From Pyrinomonadaceae bacterium (lineage in GTDB: Bacteria > Acidobacteriota > Blastocatellia > Pyrinomonadales > Pyrinomonadaceae), in the NCBI GenBank assembly GCA_046313635.1, contig JBKBYA010000001.1:588340-652339 (forward strand): 64,000 nucleotides of DNA. Reading direction: 5' to 3'. A program made the translations under genes and the position numbers. The notes under the pieces were generated by a model. It was not told the origin of the DNA. It searched no databases and worked only from the letters and a program-made list of their open reading frames with translations. Positions 63,160 through 64,000 of the stretch are shown here, one piece after another. Within the stretch, counting starts at the first letter, position 1; the number at the start of each line of letters is the position of its first letter.

Positions 63160-63495
63160 TCAGCCAAGGATCGCGCGGGTCTTTGTAAGGTTTTGCTTCA
63201 GACTCGAGCAGACGACGTCGCAGAGCTCGAAGACCGACGCGTCGGCGATGGCGTAGTAGACGACGTTGCCCTCCTGCCGGCGCGAGATCAGCCCGGCGTC
63301 CTGCATCAGCTTGAGATGCTTGCTCGCATTCGGCTGCGAGGCGCCGACCGCGTTGGATATATCGGTGACGTTCAGCGGCCCGTCGTGCAGTGAATGAAGG
63401 ATCTGAATGCGGATCGGTTCGGAAAGCAGCTTGAACCGTGCCGCGACCAGCCTTACGGCCTCGGGCGAGAGCGTTCTGTTTTTGGCGTTCGGCAT
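63160..63495 (-). CDS. ArsR/SmtB-family regulator
   Basis: FKLLSEPIRIQIL, SQPNASKHL, RRQEG..VYY, C-terminal LCDVVC. Confidence 0.9.
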   Translation of the reverse strand: MPNAKNRTLSPEAVRLVAARFKLLSEPIRIQILHSLHDGPLNVTDISNAVGASQPNASKHLKLMQDAGLISRRQEGNVVYYAIADASVFELCDVVCSSLKQNLTKTRAILG

Positions 63496-63497
63496 AC

Positions 63498-63526
63498 TTG
63501 ACAATATAACGATATAGTTATACAGT
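63498..63526 (+). promoter_or_regulatory. sigma70 promoter with overlapping palindromic operator
   Basis: TTGACA (63498-63503), 17 nt, TACAGT (63521-63526); palindrome TATAAC-N6-GTTATA at 63505-63522. Confidence 0.75.
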
Positions 63527-63571
63527 AAAACTCGAAATAAGAATACTAGAGTTTTCAGGGAGATTTCAAGA

Positions 63572-64000
63572 ATGATCAAAAAAGCGTCGGTACGGGAGAT
63601 CAACGAGCTGCTGTCAACGGGCGGCGAGTGCCAGGTGATCGACGTCCGCGAGTATTCGGAGTTCAATGCCGAGCGTATCGCGGACGCGCAGCTGATGCCG
63701 CTCTCAAACTTTGAGAAGCACGCGGCCGAGATCGACCATTCGAAGCCGGTCTATTTGATGTGCCGTTCGGGCAGACGCGCGGCGGAGGCGGCAAAGCGGC
63801 TTGCCGAAAAGGGCTTCTCGGACATACACGTCGTCGAGGGCGGAATGATCGAATGGACGCGGGCAAACCTGCCGGTCGTCAGAGGCGAGTCAAAGGTTTG
63901 GCCGCTTGAGAGGCAGGTGCGTTTTGCGGCGGGTCTGCTGGTACTTGCGGGCGTGCTTTTGAGTGTGTTCGTTCATCCGTACTTTGTATGGCTCTCGGGC
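63572..64000 (+). CDS. rhodanese plus DUF2892 membrane protein (YgaP-like), runs off the window
   Basis: MIKKASVREINELL..VIDVREYSEF...LMCRSGRRA...VEGG...WPLERQVRFAAGLLVL. Confidence 0.88.
   Translation, partial: MIKKASVREINELLSTGGECQVIDVREYSEFNAERIADAQLMPLSNFEKHAAEIDHSKPVYLMCRSGRRAAEAAKRLAEKGFSDIHVVEGGMIEWTRANLPVVRGESKVWPLERQVRFAAGLLVLAGVLLSVFVHPYFVWLSG

Overview
GC-rich bacterial chromosomal window. It is most likely Acidobacteriota (Blastocatellia/Pyrinomonadaceae-like), inferred from the acidobacterial-type VWA protein, the C-terminal FG-GAP blocks and the paired MacB-like permeases. Most of it is housekeeping and envelope genes: ychF, dps, an MscS channel, a pilN/pilO/pseudopilin cluster, GH57 branching enzyme, ino1, tlyA, ctaA, nadE, E2/E3 dehydrogenase subunits, serA, a vapBC pair and a rhodanese/ArsR cluster. 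The standout is at 2939-3631: a tRNA(CAU) with tRNA-Ile2 identity elements, split between U33 and C34 by a 617-nt group I (IC3-like) intron. The intron's P1 loop carries a zinc-finger/HNH endonuclease gene in antisense orientation, making it a candidate mobile homing intron. Other observations: a stand-alone ClpA/C-D2-type ATPase that keeps the ClpP-docking IGF loop, a zinc-finger-less DksA/TraR-like mini-protein, an orphan 3-His cupin, a GCS2-CBS fusion, two REP/REPIN-like repeat families and several inverted 7/8/9-mer intergenic arrays. All calls are from motif recognition by eye; no searches were run. Start codons were trimmed where the ORF track overextends.
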